This document shows, one piece after another, positions 9,470 to 19,507 of a stretch of DNA of 64,000 bases. Below the pieces are notes generated by a model that made no database searches, was not told the DNA's origin, and saw only the letters and a program-made list of their open reading frames with translations. The DNA comes from a bacterium (GTDB lineage: Bacteria; SAR324; NAC60-12). Numbering within the stretch: position 1 is the first letter of the stretch; each line of letters begins with the position of its first letter. The position numbers and the translations under genes are program-made. The stretch is from contig CBDDTI010000747.1 of the NCBI GenBank assembly GCA_965233585.1, positions 288,001 through 352,000 of the forward strand. Reading direction: 5' to 3'.

Positions 9470-10804
9470 TTAGAGTCTTTGAAAGTTGTAAATTGGTCCT
9501 AGTTTGAGGATTTGAGTGAGTTCATCAAGTGCGGTCTGTGATTCTTGCATGAGCTTTGGGTCTTTCAAGTCATCTGCTGAAAGTCTATCTCGGTAGTGAT
9601 GATCTACCCATTGATTGAGTCGCGCAAAAGAAGTCTCGTTGAGCCAAACATGAGGATTGACAGCTTTTTCCTCTTTTTGATTCAACACAACCCGCAACCT
9701 CAAACAGGCAGGACCTCCCCCATTTTTCATGCTTTCTCTCAAGTTAAAAGTTTTTACACAAGAAATCGGGTTGTCATCTTCAACCAACTCAACCAAATAA
9801 TCTTTGACAGATTCTACTTCATGGCATTCACTAGGTGCGACAAAAACCATCTTGCCATCTGGCAAGGTTACAATTTGACTGTTGAACAGATAGGAATTGA
9901 CAGCATCGCCAAGTGAGACCTGTTTTTCAGACACAGAAATCACATAAAAATCACCTTCTAACTTCGTTTTTAGTCTTTCTTGCACTTCATGGAAGTTGAG
10001 AAATGCAGTTTCATGGCAAAGATGGACATTCTGATTGCCAACAGCAATGACATCATTATGAAAGACACCAGAATCAATGACGTTTGGGTGATGCTGTGCA
10101 AAGACCACTTGTTGGGGATCTAGTCCATGTTGTCTGACAATAGCTTGAGAGGCTTCATAAGTTTGCCTTGCAGGAAAGCGAGAAGGAGTAATGCCATTTT
10201 GCAGGGAATAGCAACCAAAGGTCAAAAAATGCACCCCTTTTTGACTGTGGTCTTGACAAAAACGGGTATGATTTGCCGCACCTTCGTCCCCAAATTGTGC
10301 ATGTTCAGGCAAGGCATCGTGAATCACAAAGTGCTGGTCATTTTGGAAAATAGATTGAAACACCTTTTGGGTCGTTCTCCATTCCAAAGAACGATGAAAC
10401 TGATTCACCAGATTAGCAGGCGTGAAATGGACTTTGCCATCAGCAGTGTCTGTTGAAGGGGACACAGTGGCGGTATTAGCAACCCACATAGACGAGGCAC
10501 TATAAACAGCATTCAGCACTTCAGGGGCTTCTTTGCCTGCCTTTTCTAGCATTTGCGAGGCATTTCCTGTGAATCCAAGACGTTGTAAAACGTCAAGTCG
10601 GGGTCTTTCATGTGGAGGCAAAACTCCTTGCAACAAGCCCATGTCTGCTAATGCTTTCATCTTCAGCAAACCTTGTTTTGCTGCTTGTTTAGGATTGGAA
10701 ATTTGAGCCTTGTTCTTCAATGATGCAATGTTGCCTTTTGAAAGTCCTGCGTAGTTATGCGTCATGCCAACCAGTCCGTCAAAATTCGCTTCACTTGTTT
10801 TCAT
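9470..10804 (-). CDS. astB: N-succinylarginine dihydrolase
   Basis: EANFDGLVGMTHNYAGLS, GDEGAANH, FHNDVI, NGGGPACLRLRV. Confidence 0.97.
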   Translation of the reverse strand: MKTSEANFDGLVGMTHNYAGLSKGNIASLKNKAQISNPKQAAKQGLLKMKALADMGLLQGVLPPHERPRLDVLQRLGFTGNASQMLEKAGKEAPEVLNAVYSASSMWVANTATVSPSTDTADGKVHFTPANLVNQFHRSLEWRTTQKVFQSIFQNDQHFVIHDALPEHAQFGDEGAANHTRFCQDHSQKGVHFLTFGCYSLQNGITPSRFPARQTYEASQAIVRQHGLDPQQVVFAQHHPNVIDSGVFHNDVIAVGNQNVHLCHETAFLNFHEVQERLKTKLEGDFYVISVSEKQVSLGDAVNSYLFNSQIVTLPDGKMVFVAPSECHEVESVKDYLVELVEDDNPISCVKTFNLRESMKNGGGPACLRLRVVLNQKEEKAVNPHVWLNETSFARLNQWVDHHYRDRLSADDLKDPKLMQESQTALDELTQILKLGPIYNFQRL

Positions 10805-11086
10805 AGGTCAAAGTTTGAGTTTTTCAATGGAAATGAAGGTTTTGGATCTAGGAACTCAATAACAGACCTAGAAAAAGATTTGGATTCCTAACCCCGAATC
10901 AAGTCTATTTGGAAAAAATGAAAAGCGAGAAGAAAATTGCATTTATTACTTGAATCTTGCCTGTTTACTGACCTAGGGACAAAGAAAGTTTTGGTTTTGT
11001 TCTTTTTCTGGCAGTCACTGAACGAAGTTGAGGTACAAGGGGAAAAAATGAACGAGGAAAATTTATTTGAAGAATTTACCAAGATG

Positions 11087-11314
11087 CTAGAACTGTTTTG
11101 TTTTTTTAAAATTAAAAAAGCCCTCAAAGCTCAAATCTTCATCTATACTAGACCAGTGTATTCCAAATGGTGAAACTTCAAAACTTTCTCGTTGTTTTGT
11201 TGTCGCATTTTGGAGTTTAGGAAACCATTTTAAAGGTATTGATTTTTGGATACCTTTGTCTGTTTTTATAAAAATACTATTGTTGTCAAACCAGATATTA
11301 GATACATTCATCAT
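11087..11314 (-). CDS. DUF2442-family protein (putative antitoxin)
   Basis: PLKWFPKLQNAT..QR..FE...GIHW..IDEDLSFEG; likely start ATG at 11314, right after the natural stop of the DUF4160 gene. Confidence 0.85.
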   Translation of the reverse strand: MMNVSNIWFDNNSIFIKTDKGIQKSIPLKWFPKLQNATTKQRESFEVSPFGIHWSSIDEDLSFEGFFNFKKTKQF

Positions 11315-11315
11315 T

Positions 11316-11549
11316 TTATTGTTTGAAATAATTATACCAAGCATTAATAATCAAATCTTTATTTTATTCTATTAAAGATTCAGAAAGCTTTAAATCTTTG
11401 TTTTTTAACCCTTTATTGTCAACCCAAGTCATACTTTCTATATCAAACCTAGCCTCTCCATCTGCATTTTTTACGTGGATATGAATTGGGAGGTGTTCGT
11501 TGGAATAAAAGAAAAACCTTAACCCAAAAGCTCTGAATAACGTTGGCAT
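11316..11549 (-). pseudogene. DUF4160-family protein (putative HicA-like toxin) with premature stop
   Basis: MPTLFRAFGLRFFFYSNEHLPIHIHV; in-frame TAA at 11364-11366 is followed by NKDLIINAWYNYFKQ and a second stop at 11316-11318. Confidence 0.8.
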
Positions 11550-11582
11550 AAATGACTACTTTGACTTAGGCATTTTTAAAAT

Positions 11583-11912
11583 TTATAAATCCTTTACAAA
11601 TTCAATAATCTTCTCTTTTCGTTTTTGAATTAAATCACGTGTCCAAGTCTCTCCTTCAGTTATCATGCTCTGAATTTCTCTTTGCTGTGCTAAATATGTG
11701 TAATCATCACGCTTGACTTTAAATGGCTTATTACCAATGGAGCAATTATGTGATTTTGATAGCAATAATCTAAAAACACGTGGATTTTGCGACAAACGGC
11801 AACTGATTTGCCAGAAAATAAATTTTTGAACAGACGCCATTTTTCTCTGATAAGTCAGTGGGTGAGAGATGATAAATTGGATAATTTTGAAGAGTTGAAT
11901 GATTTGACGCAT
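11583..11912 (-). pseudogene. Chimeric remnant: FkbM-like methyltransferase N-terminus fused to GmrSD/DUF1524-like C-terminus
   Basis: FIISHPLTYQRKMASVQKFIFWQISCRL resembles FkbM N-termini; LLLSKSHNCSIGNKPF..KR..Y....W....I..R resembles the DUF1524 HNH tail; junction near 11770. Confidence 0.55.
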
Positions 11913-11913
11913 T

Positions 11914-13356
11914 TTAAAAAGAAAGACCGGGTGAAAGGGTCTTGGGCATTTGAAGTGCTTGACATTCAATGCTTGCCACAGGGAATGAGCAATAATCTGC
12001 CGCATAATAAGCACTGGGACGAAAATTGCCTGATGCCCCAATTCCTCCAAATGGAGCCGCAGAACTTGCCCCCGTGATTTGACGATTCCAGTTGACAATT
12101 CCTGCACGAATCCTTGGCAAAAAATAGTCAAACGCCACCTGAGAGTCAGACAACAATCCTGCTGAAAGTCCATATTGAGTGGCATTGGCTTGTTCTATCG
12201 CCTCATCAAAATCTTGGTAGCGAATCACTTGCAGTAAAGGACCAAAATGCTCATCATCAGTTGGCTGCAAAACTTGGCTGACATCTAAAATGGCAGGAGA
12301 GACAAAAGCATGTTCTATGTGTTTCATTTGCAACAATGGTTCTGCTCCTTGTGCAAGGAAATTCTGTTGTGCATGGACTAAAAGCTGTGCGGCATCTTCA
12401 GAAATGACAGGACCCATGAAAGGTTCAGGCTGCTGTGCGTAATGTCCTATCTGTAACGAAGAAGAGACTTTGATAAGTTTTTGAAGAATGGCATCACCTG
12501 TTGAACCTTGTTGAAGAAACAATCGTCTGGCACAAACGCAACGTTGCCCTGATGTGATGAATGCCGATTGAATGACTTCATAAACAACTGCATCAATGTT
12601 TTGTGCTTCATAGACCACAAGCGGATTGTTTCCCCCCATTTCAAGTGCCAACATTTTTTCAGGACGCACAGACTGCATCAATGCCAGACCTGTTTGATGA
12701 GACCCTGTAAAAAGCACCCCGTCAATGTCAGGGTTGGTTGCCAGTGCCACTCCGACTTCCTTTGCCCCTTGAACAAGATTGATGACTCCTTGGGGAATGC
12801 CTGATTTTTCCCATGCTTGCGTCATCGCTTGTGCTACTTGGGGCGTCAGCTCACTTGGCTTAAAAACAACAGTGTTGCCCGCAATTAAAGCAGGCATGAT
12901 GTGTCCATTCGGAAGGTGAGCAGGGAAGTTATAAGGTCCAAAGACTGCCAACACTCCATGAGGACGATGCCTTAAAACAGATTTTCCAACAGGCAATGAT
13001 GCTTCACGAGACCCTGTGCGTTCTTGATAGGCTTGGATTGAAATGTCAAGCTTTCCCAAAACAGCTGACACTTCTGTTTTGGACTCCCAAAGTGGTTTGC
13101 CTGTCTCCTGTGCGATGAGTGTGGCAAGGTCTTCATTTTTCAAGCATGCCACAAAATTTCTGCAGTATTCAATGCGTTGTGCTACATCAAGCAAAGACCA
13201 CTCAAGCCATGCTTCCTTTGCAGAATGGACTGCTTGTGCCACTTGTCTTTGACTGGCTTGGCAATGCCTCCATAACACCTGACTTGTTGCAGGGTTGATT
13301 GAGACCAGCTCTTGCCCCTCGCCTTCTATCCACTTGCCATTGATGAACAAACTCAT
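11914..13356 (-). CDS. astD: Succinylglutamate-semialdehyde dehydrogenase
   Basis: GPYNFPAHLPNGH, LALEMGGNNP, GQRCVCARR, SAYYAADYC; near astB. Confidence 0.95.
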   Translation of the reverse strand: MSLFINGKWIEGEGQELVSINPATSQVLWRHCQASQRQVAQAVHSAKEAWLEWSLLDVAQRIEYCRNFVACLKNEDLATLIAQETGKPLWESKTEVSAVLGKLDISIQAYQERTGSREASLPVGKSVLRHRPHGVLAVFGPYNFPAHLPNGHIMPALIAGNTVVFKPSELTPQVAQAMTQAWEKSGIPQGVINLVQGAKEVGVALATNPDIDGVLFTGSHQTGLALMQSVRPEKMLALEMGGNNPLVVYEAQNIDAVVYEVIQSAFITSGQRCVCARRLFLQQGSTGDAILQKLIKVSSSLQIGHYAQQPEPFMGPVISEDAAQLLVHAQQNFLAQGAEPLLQMKHIEHAFVSPAILDVSQVLQPTDDEHFGPLLQVIRYQDFDEAIEQANATQYGLSAGLLSDSQVAFDYFLPRIRAGIVNWNRQITGASSAAPFGGIGASGNFRPSAYYAADYCSFPVASIECQALQMPKTLSPGLSF

Positions 13357-13380
13357 AGACTCCGTTGATGAAAAATTTTT

Positions 13381-14140
13381 GGCATTGTTAAGTAATAAGT
13401 GATAGTTGATTATTCCGTTTTGCCATGAACAAAAGAACAGAATATTGTAATGCTTTAAGAGACTTGCTGTAACATTTGGTTTTCCTTCTCATTCTTGCCA
13501 AGAAATGTCTCAAGAGAGAATTATACCCTTCTATCGTGTATGTTTCTGCCTTGGAACATGTATGAATTTCTTTGGGAATGACTTGTTTGTAAGCCTTGCA
13601 GTGATCAGTCATCACCTGAAGAGGTTTTGTTTCCTTGACCTTGTCCCATAAATGCCTACAGGCTTTTGAGTCTCTGTTTCCAAGCACATAATTGATAAAT
13701 TGCTTCCCACGTCTATCAACAGCAATCCAGAGCCAGCAGTAGTTTTTTTTGACTGGATGTAGGTGTGCATTTCATCAATTTCCATAATTTCAATGTCTGT
13801 GTCCTTTCTTAATGCCTTGAGCTGTTCGCCAAAACTACAGACCCAATTATAAACTGAAACATGAGAACAATTCAGCAAACGACCGATTGACCTGAAACCA
13901 AGACCCTCCAAATACAACTCTAATGCTCTTCTTTTGATCTGTGGTGAGATTTGACCACGATAGGACTTGGTATATTGATAGTTGCAGGCATTGCAACGCC
14001 TCCTCGGTTTACCATATAAGAAACCATTCTTAACCGTCTTCTCACTTTCACATCTAGGACACGACTTCATTGCTACACCATGACTATCAATTCAATTAAA
14101 TGAACTTAATATCGCATATCACTTATAGTTTAACAATACC
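13381..14140 (-). mobile_element. IS1-family insertion sequence, type A copy 1 (760 bp)
   Basis: Imperfect terminal IRs GGTATTGTTAAACTATAAG / GGCATTGTTAAGTAATAAG; InsA/InsB ORFs; no direct target duplication seen. Confidence 0.95.
13388..14070 (-). CDS. IS1-family transposase (InsA zinc finger/HTH + InsB, -1 frameshift at A8C)
   Basis: CPRC..CNAC, LELYLEGLGFRSIGR, EIDEM, A-AAA-AAA-C slippery site, TDH, IEGYNSLLRHFLAR. Confidence 0.9.
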
Positions 14141-14152
14141 GAAAAAAAGAGA

Positions 14153-14248
14153 GAGATTGCGGAACAAGGTGAACAATGACCAAAAAAACAAGACTGCAAT
14201 AACGAAAAGGAAGGGAAAACAAAAACGTTTAAGTACGTTCTGAAATCT
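14153..14248. repeat. Single GTCA-tagged repeat plus array-end motif
   Basis: gagattgcggaacaaggtgaacaatgac, then aaaacgtttaagtacgttctgaaatct, which is also present near 37835-37861. Confidence 0.7.
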
Positions 14249-14287
14249 TTTCACCACTCTTTAAGTCAATACTCTCATAAAACCTTC

Positions 14288-15088
14288 CTACCCCAAACTT
14301 TGTTTCACAAGTGTAGATAACTCTGATGTTTGATGCTTGTTTAGCACAGAGTGGACTTGAAACCCCGTTCTGTCCAAGATTTGTTGGGCATCAACTTCCA
14401 AGGCAGTGACTACAAAAACAGGCATGACATATTGAGCTTGTTTGAGTTGAGACAATAGCATAAACCCTGAATGATAACGATTACATAAATCCAAGATTAA
14501 AAAGTCCACATGCCTTGCTTTAGGATTCATCAACTCATGTAATGCAATGTAACCATTACATGTAGAATACAAATGATAATTTTGCTTCATCAAAGGTTTT
14601 TCGCAAAGCATTTGGTCTTGATAGGAGTCATTCAAAATCAAGACATACCTCATTTTTCCCAAGACAGATTTCACGAGAGTGATGAGCATTTTGAGGTTTC
14701 CATTAAAAAACTCATCTGTATTCGTTGCCAATGGGTATGAATAGAACACTCCCCTTTGCACGGTCACAGGAGATGATTTTGAAGACGTGAGTGCAATAAT
14801 AGACAAAAATTCATCACTTTGGAGAGAATCTAATAACGTTTGCAGACCAGCTTGACCTTGACTGTGTTGTGTATCGTAAATGACCAGATCAATCGCAATG
14901 GTGTCAAGTATCTGCAAAGCCTCCTCAATGTTGGCAGTGCAGTACACCTCAAAACCCATAAACTCTAAATATTCATGGTAATACTGGCACATCTGAGACG
15001 GCAATTTGATGAGTAAAATACGTTCTTGATGCCGCAACGTGTTCATGTTGGCAGACCTAGCAACTTGAGAAAAAGCAGATTCTTTCAT
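14288..15088 (-). CDS. Protein with two degenerate response-regulator receiver-like domains
   Basis: ILLI...GFEVYCTANIEEALQIL..IDLVIYD and VLILND...VDFLILDL...SGF.LL..LK....PVFVVTA; start uncertain (15088 or 15046). Confidence 0.7.
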   Translation of the reverse strand: MKESAFSQVARSANMNTLRHQERILLIKLPSQMCQYYHEYLEFMGFEVYCTANIEEALQILDTIAIDLVIYDTQHSQGQAGLQTLLDSLQSDEFLSIIALTSSKSSPVTVQRGVFYSYPLATNTDEFFNGNLKMLITLVKSVLGKMRYVLILNDSYQDQMLCEKPLMKQNYHLYSTCNGYIALHELMNPKARHVDFLILDLCNRYHSGFMLLSQLKQAQYVMPVFVVTALEVDAQQILDRTGFQVHSVLNKHQTSELSTLVKQSLG

Positions 15089-15150
15089 GCAATGAACGAA
15101 ACTTTGAAGATTTGAAGAACAGAATTTTGGTTGTGAAGCTAACGAAGCGG

Positions 15151-16140
15151 CTAGGCAATCCCCAAGAACACAGCAACAACTGCCATGACCAGTAAAAATA
15201 AAGTCTCCCAAAGCACTAGAAAAAGATGCCGTTTGCTTAATCCTGCAAAAACTGTCAGGGAAGTTTTCACCCCCAGGGCAGAAATAGCAATGACGAGAAA
15301 AACACGGGAAGCCGTTTTTAAAAATTCTAAAAGAGGCAAGGGAATCAGCTGAAGACTAGACAACACCATCAGTATTATAAAACCGAGCAAGAAGGTTGGT
15401 ATTTGAATCCTAGATTTGCCAGATTTTTGACTTTGGGAAGCAATGGTCAATAGAGTTAGCAAGACGAGAGGCAAAGCACTGACTCTTAATAATTTGACCA
15501 AAGTGGCAGTGTCTCCAGATTCTACTGAAATAGAATACCCTGCACCAATGACTTGAGCGACATCATGGATTGTTGCACCAATCAAGAAACCCTTTTGTTG
15601 GTCATTTAAACCAAACCATGCAAACAAAATCGGATACGCTACCATTGCCACAGTAGAAAGCATTGTCACAGATGCCACAGTGAACAGAGTATCTCGTTCA
15701 TCGTTTTGACCCTTTGGTAAAATAGAAGTCAATGCCAGTGCAGCAGATGCTCCACAGATGGCAACTGACCCACCTGTTAACACTCCAAAACGCCAGTCTT
15801 TCATCAAATACTTCCCTACTAAAAAACCTATCAAAATGGTGCAGACCAAAAAAACGAAGATTGCTAAAATGGCAGGCATTCCTAATGCAAGAATGCTGTC
15901 AAAAGTAATTCTTGCCCCCAACAATGCCACCCCTATTCTCAACAAACCTTTGGAAGCAAAAGTAATTCCTTGCTCAAAACGTTCATCTTTTGCCAGAGAA
16001 TGAAAAACCATTCCCAGCAAGAGGGCAAAAAGCATCATCGGTGCGGCATAATGTTCACTTAAAAATGCAGCAGCCGCCCCAATTAATGCAGCCAAGAAAA
16101 TCCCACGTCCGTAAGTCTGGTAAAGATTTTTAACTCTCAT
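15151..16140 (-). CDS. YeiH / putative sulfate exporter (PSE) family membrane protein
   Basis: LLRIGVALLG, AICGASA, GATIHDVAQV, VKLLRV. Confidence 0.92.
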   Translation of the reverse strand: MRVKNLYQTYGRGIFLAALIGAAAAFLSEHYAAPMMLFALLLGMVFHSLAKDERFEQGITFASKGLLRIGVALLGARITFDSILALGMPAILAIFVFLVCTILIGFLVGKYLMKDWRFGVLTGGSVAICGASAALALTSILPKGQNDERDTLFTVASVTMLSTVAMVAYPILFAWFGLNDQQKGFLIGATIHDVAQVIGAGYSISVESGDTATLVKLLRVSALPLVLLTLLTIASQSQKSGKSRIQIPTFLLGFIILMVLSSLQLIPLPLLEFLKTASRVFLVIAISALGVKTSLTVFAGLSKRHLFLVLWETLFLLVMAVVAVFLGIA

Positions 16141-16152
16141 GCTTTCAGCACA

Positions 16153-18273
16153 CTAAAATCCGATTTTAGCTTTAGCATCTTGTTGCATTTTGACTTCTTC
16201 TTGCAGTCTCTTGATGAAGTCATCAATGTCCTGAATGGGTCTAAAGCGATGTTGTCTTAACACAGTGGCAAAATTCCCCGGCGTCATCTGATGCAAAAGG
16301 CGAGCAACTTTTTTTTGTGAAGCAGCCGTGATTTTTAGGTTTGCAGACTGACCATAAACTTTGAAAATTTCCCAAATCTGTTTAGGATTGAGCTGTTTAA
16401 ATTCTGCTTTAATGTCAAAACGTCTGATGCTGGCTTTGTCTAAATTGTCAACAAGATTGGTCGTTGCGATAAAAATACCATCAAAATTTTCCATTTGCTG
16501 AAGCATTTCATTGACTTGCGTCACTTCCCAAGTCCGTTGTGCTTGTTCTCTTGATTGTAAAAAGCTGTCCACTTCATCAAAGACAAGCACCCCGTCTTGC
16601 CTCTTGGCTTCTTCAAAAGCAGAGGCGATGTTTTTTTCTGACTCACCAATCCACATACTCAACAAATCGCTCCCTTTTTTTAAGATGAAAGGCTTGCCTA
16701 AGATCTCAGCCACATATTTGGCAAAAGCACTTTTGCCTGTACCTGGCACACCATAAAGGCAGATTCTTGCATTGGGATTGGCTTCTAAATCTTGCGTGAG
16801 TTGTTGTAGGTTGATTTGACAATTCACAAAGTTTGGATTGTATTCAGCGGGCATGCTGTCAGCAAAATTAATGGCTGGATAGCCTTGTGCTTTCAAAATA
16901 GAGTTGAGATTTTGGACAAAGGCTTGGTCGCTATTTTTGACTTTAGCAGTGCGAATCACCTCAGCAGTATTAGTAATCAATGATGGTGCAACTTTGCCGT
17001 GGGAGGCGATCGCTTTGATGCTTTTTTCACTCAAGAGGTTTTTGGCTTGTTTGCGGATCAATGCCATCGTTTTTTCTTGGGGCAGAATAGGCATTTCAAT
17101 CACAATGTTAAACCGTCTTAAAGTGGCGCTGTCCATCATCTGAACATTGTTGGTCAGCCAAAGTGTTGGAATCGCATTGGTTTCTAGGTCTTGGTTGAGG
17201 TGTGCTTTATCGCCCAAGATGCCTGTCCAAAAATTGATGACAAACACATCTTCTGCCTCGTCATAAAGAAGGAGTGTTTTTTTGGAGGTTAAAAAAGACT
17301 GTGCAAAACGATATTGTCCGATTCGTGAAGACATTTTTTCATTGCGGATTTGTGGTAGCTCGGTGTTGATATGGAACAGTTTGATTTTTAAAGATTCTGC
17401 CAAAGTCTTAACCAACTCGGTTTTACCTGTACCAGGCTTGCCATGAATCAGAATGTTGACACCTTTTTGGCGGGACAAAATCGTTTGTTTGAGGTAAGGA
17501 ATCAGAACATCAAGTTCTTTTTGAATGTGCGTGTAGTCTTGTAGTTTCAATTGAGCAGGCTGGGTGGGGGTAATGTACCGACCCAAAAGCTCTTCAATCT
17601 GATAATGACAAACTTCTTGTGCAAAGTCATTGGTCATAAATTCTATTTCTTCTCCGTCTCCGTGACGACCGGGTACGATGTTCATCAGTTTAGAATCATA
17701 CAAATGAGAACCAGACCTGAAGGCATTGATGACCTGATGTTCTTTGACATCAACCATGATGGCTAACAATTTTTTGATGGGCAAAATTTCATGGTCAAAG
17801 TAATCACTTTCAATTAAATCAATCATGTTTTTGAGTAAATAGACACTTTCCATTAAAATCGCACATTCCAAAATTTCTACTTCTTTTGGATTCAGGTTCA
17901 TCATGTCTTGAAGTGTTGCCAGATTTTTGGCAAGGATTGGGTAGGTTTTGAGAGGTTTTTTGCGTTCCAGTTTGAGACGTTTTTGAGCAACTTGAATTTT
18001 CAGTTCTTGGACAGACTCCTTGACCACTGAGGGAGGAATGATGTCCATCTCTTCGTCTTCACTTTCACTGATAGATGGCAGCCCTACCAATTTATTGATA
18101 ATTCTGACCTTTTCTGATTCGTATTTGTGAACGAAGAAGTCATACATGTCCAAACCTTCAATGAGACGAAGGCAAAAAAGAGAGGCTTTGTCTGCAATCT
18201 TTTTGTCCAAAAGCCATTCATTTCTGAGCTGAACGTCAGTGCCAGTAGAAAACTTACGTCTGTATCTTCTCAT
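16153..18273 (-). CDS. Double-AAA ATPase (classic-clade AAA, two ATPase modules)
   Basis: Walker A GKPGTGKT and GVPGTGKS; Walker B LLYDE and VFDE; SRH-like RRF; C-terminal IGF. Confidence 0.9.
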   Translation of the reverse strand: MRRYRRKFSTGTDVQLRNEWLLDKKIADKASLFCLRLIEGLDMYDFFVHKYESEKVRIINKLVGLPSISESEDEEMDIIPPSVVKESVQELKIQVAQKRLKLERKKPLKTYPILAKNLATLQDMMNLNPKEVEILECAILMESVYLLKNMIDLIESDYFDHEILPIKKLLAIMVDVKEHQVINAFRSGSHLYDSKLMNIVPGRHGDGEEIEFMTNDFAQEVCHYQIEELLGRYITPTQPAQLKLQDYTHIQKELDVLIPYLKQTILSRQKGVNILIHGKPGTGKTELVKTLAESLKIKLFHINTELPQIRNEKMSSRIGQYRFAQSFLTSKKTLLLYDEAEDVFVINFWTGILGDKAHLNQDLETNAIPTLWLTNNVQMMDSATLRRFNIVIEMPILPQEKTMALIRKQAKNLLSEKSIKAIASHGKVAPSLITNTAEVIRTAKVKNSDQAFVQNLNSILKAQGYPAINFADSMPAEYNPNFVNCQINLQQLTQDLEANPNARICLYGVPGTGKSAFAKYVAEILGKPFILKKGSDLLSMWIGESEKNIASAFEEAKRQDGVLVFDEVDSFLQSREQAQRTWEVTQVNEMLQQMENFDGIFIATTNLVDNLDKASIRRFDIKAEFKQLNPKQIWEIFKVYGQSANLKITAASQKKVARLLHQMTPGNFATVLRQHRFRPIQDIDDFIKRLQEEVKMQQDAKAKIGF

Positions 18274-18518
18274 AGAAACCTCCTTAAAAAATGTGTTAGT
18301 TTGAAGTGGTGGGTAAGATGTGAAAGAAACTCAGGATACCAACACTCTTTGCAAAAAGAAAGACCTGTCAGAAGGGATTTTGTCAATAGAAGTGGCTCAT
18401 TTTATTTTTTATCATAAAAATAAATTTCAGGTTCAGAGGAATCCATTGTCAATGATTTAGGGATTGCATGTGTGGAGAGATTCCCTTACGATGACAGGTT
18501 CTTTTGCAAAAAATATTT

Positions 18519-19278
18519 GGTATTGTTAAACTATAAGTGATATGCGATATTAAGTTCATTTAATTGAATTGATAGTCATGGTGTAGCAATGAAGTTGTGT
18601 CCTAGATGTGAAAGTGAGAAGACGGTTAAGAATGGTTTCTTATATGGTAAACCGAGGAGGCGTTGCAATGCCTGCAACTATCAATATACCAAGTCCTATC
18701 GTGGTCAAATCTCACCACAGATCAAAAGAAGAGCATTAGAGTTGTATTTGGAGGGTCTTGGTTTCAGGTCAATCGGTCGTTTGCTGAATTGTTCTCATGT
18801 TTCAGTTTATAATTGGGTCTGTAGTTTTGGCGAACAGCTCAAGGCATTAAGAAAGGACACAGACATTGAAATTATGGAAATTGATGAAATGCACACCTAC
18901 ATCCAGTCAAAAAAAACTACTGCTGGCTCTGGATTGCTGTTGATAGATGTGGGAAGCAATTTATCAATTGTGTGCTTGGAAACAGAGACTCAAAAGCCTG
19001 TAGGCATTTATGGGACAAGGTCAAGGAAACAAAACCTCTTCAGGTGATGACTGATCACTGCAAGGCTTACAAACAAGTCATTCCCAAAGAAATTCATACA
19101 TGTTCCAAGGCAGAAACATACACGATAGAAGGGTATAATTCTCTCTTGAGACATTTCTTGGCAAGAATGAGAAGGAAAACCAAATGTTACAGCAAGTCTC
19201 TTAAAGCATTACAATATTCTGTTCTTTTGTTCATGGCAAAACGGAATAATCAGCTATCACTTATTACTTAACAATGCC
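18519..19278 (+). mobile_element. IS1-family insertion sequence, type A copy 2 (760 bp)
   Basis: Same IRs and ORFs as copy 1 in opposite orientation; only a few SNPs. Confidence 0.95.
18589..19271 (+). CDS. IS1-family transposase (InsA+InsB, frameshift)
   Basis: ORFs 18589-19047 and 18972-19271, near-identical to copy 1. Confidence 0.9.
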
Positions 19279-19412
19279 CTTGAGACATTTCTTGGCAAGA
19301 ATGAGAAGGAAAACCAAATGTTACAGCAAGTCTCTTAAAGCATTACAATATTCTGTTCTTTCGTTCATGGCAAAACGGAACAATCAGCTATCACTTATTA
19401 CTTAACAATGCC
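19279..19412 (+). repeat. Tandem duplicate of the last 134 bp of the IS (second right IR)
   Basis: Matches 19145-19278 with two substitutions. Confidence 0.9.
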
Positions 19413-19446
19413 TATATTTTTCATTACAAAACTATCGCCATATACC

Positions 19447-19473
19447 AAAGCCACCTTATAATAAGGTGGCTTT
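19447..19473 (-). terminator. Hairpin downstream of the AhpD-like gene
   Basis: Perfect 12-bp IR aaagccacctta-taa-taaggtggcttt. Confidence 0.65.
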
Positions 19474-19507
19474 ATTTTACAAAAAATTATCTGTCGTCTG
19501 GATGTGT

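Noticed and set aside
10805..11086. Small RNA or ORFs between astB and DUF2442
   Set aside because: Only a weak imperfect repeat (gaaaaaatgaa...) and short ORFs; no convincing structure.
11364..11366. Stop-codon reassignment or readthrough (also stops in 34283-34630)
   Set aside because: TAA, TAG and TGA all terminate conserved genes normally in this window; the internal stops are confined to decaying genes.
11913..12185. N-terminal half of the 200-aa ORF 11583-12185
   Set aside because: Alternate frame inside astD; only the part from ATG 11912 is credible.
18438..18497. Additional GTCA-type repeat pair next to IS copy 2
   Set aside because: Only the ends (ggaatcc, gattgc...gatgac) are recognisable; too degenerate to call.
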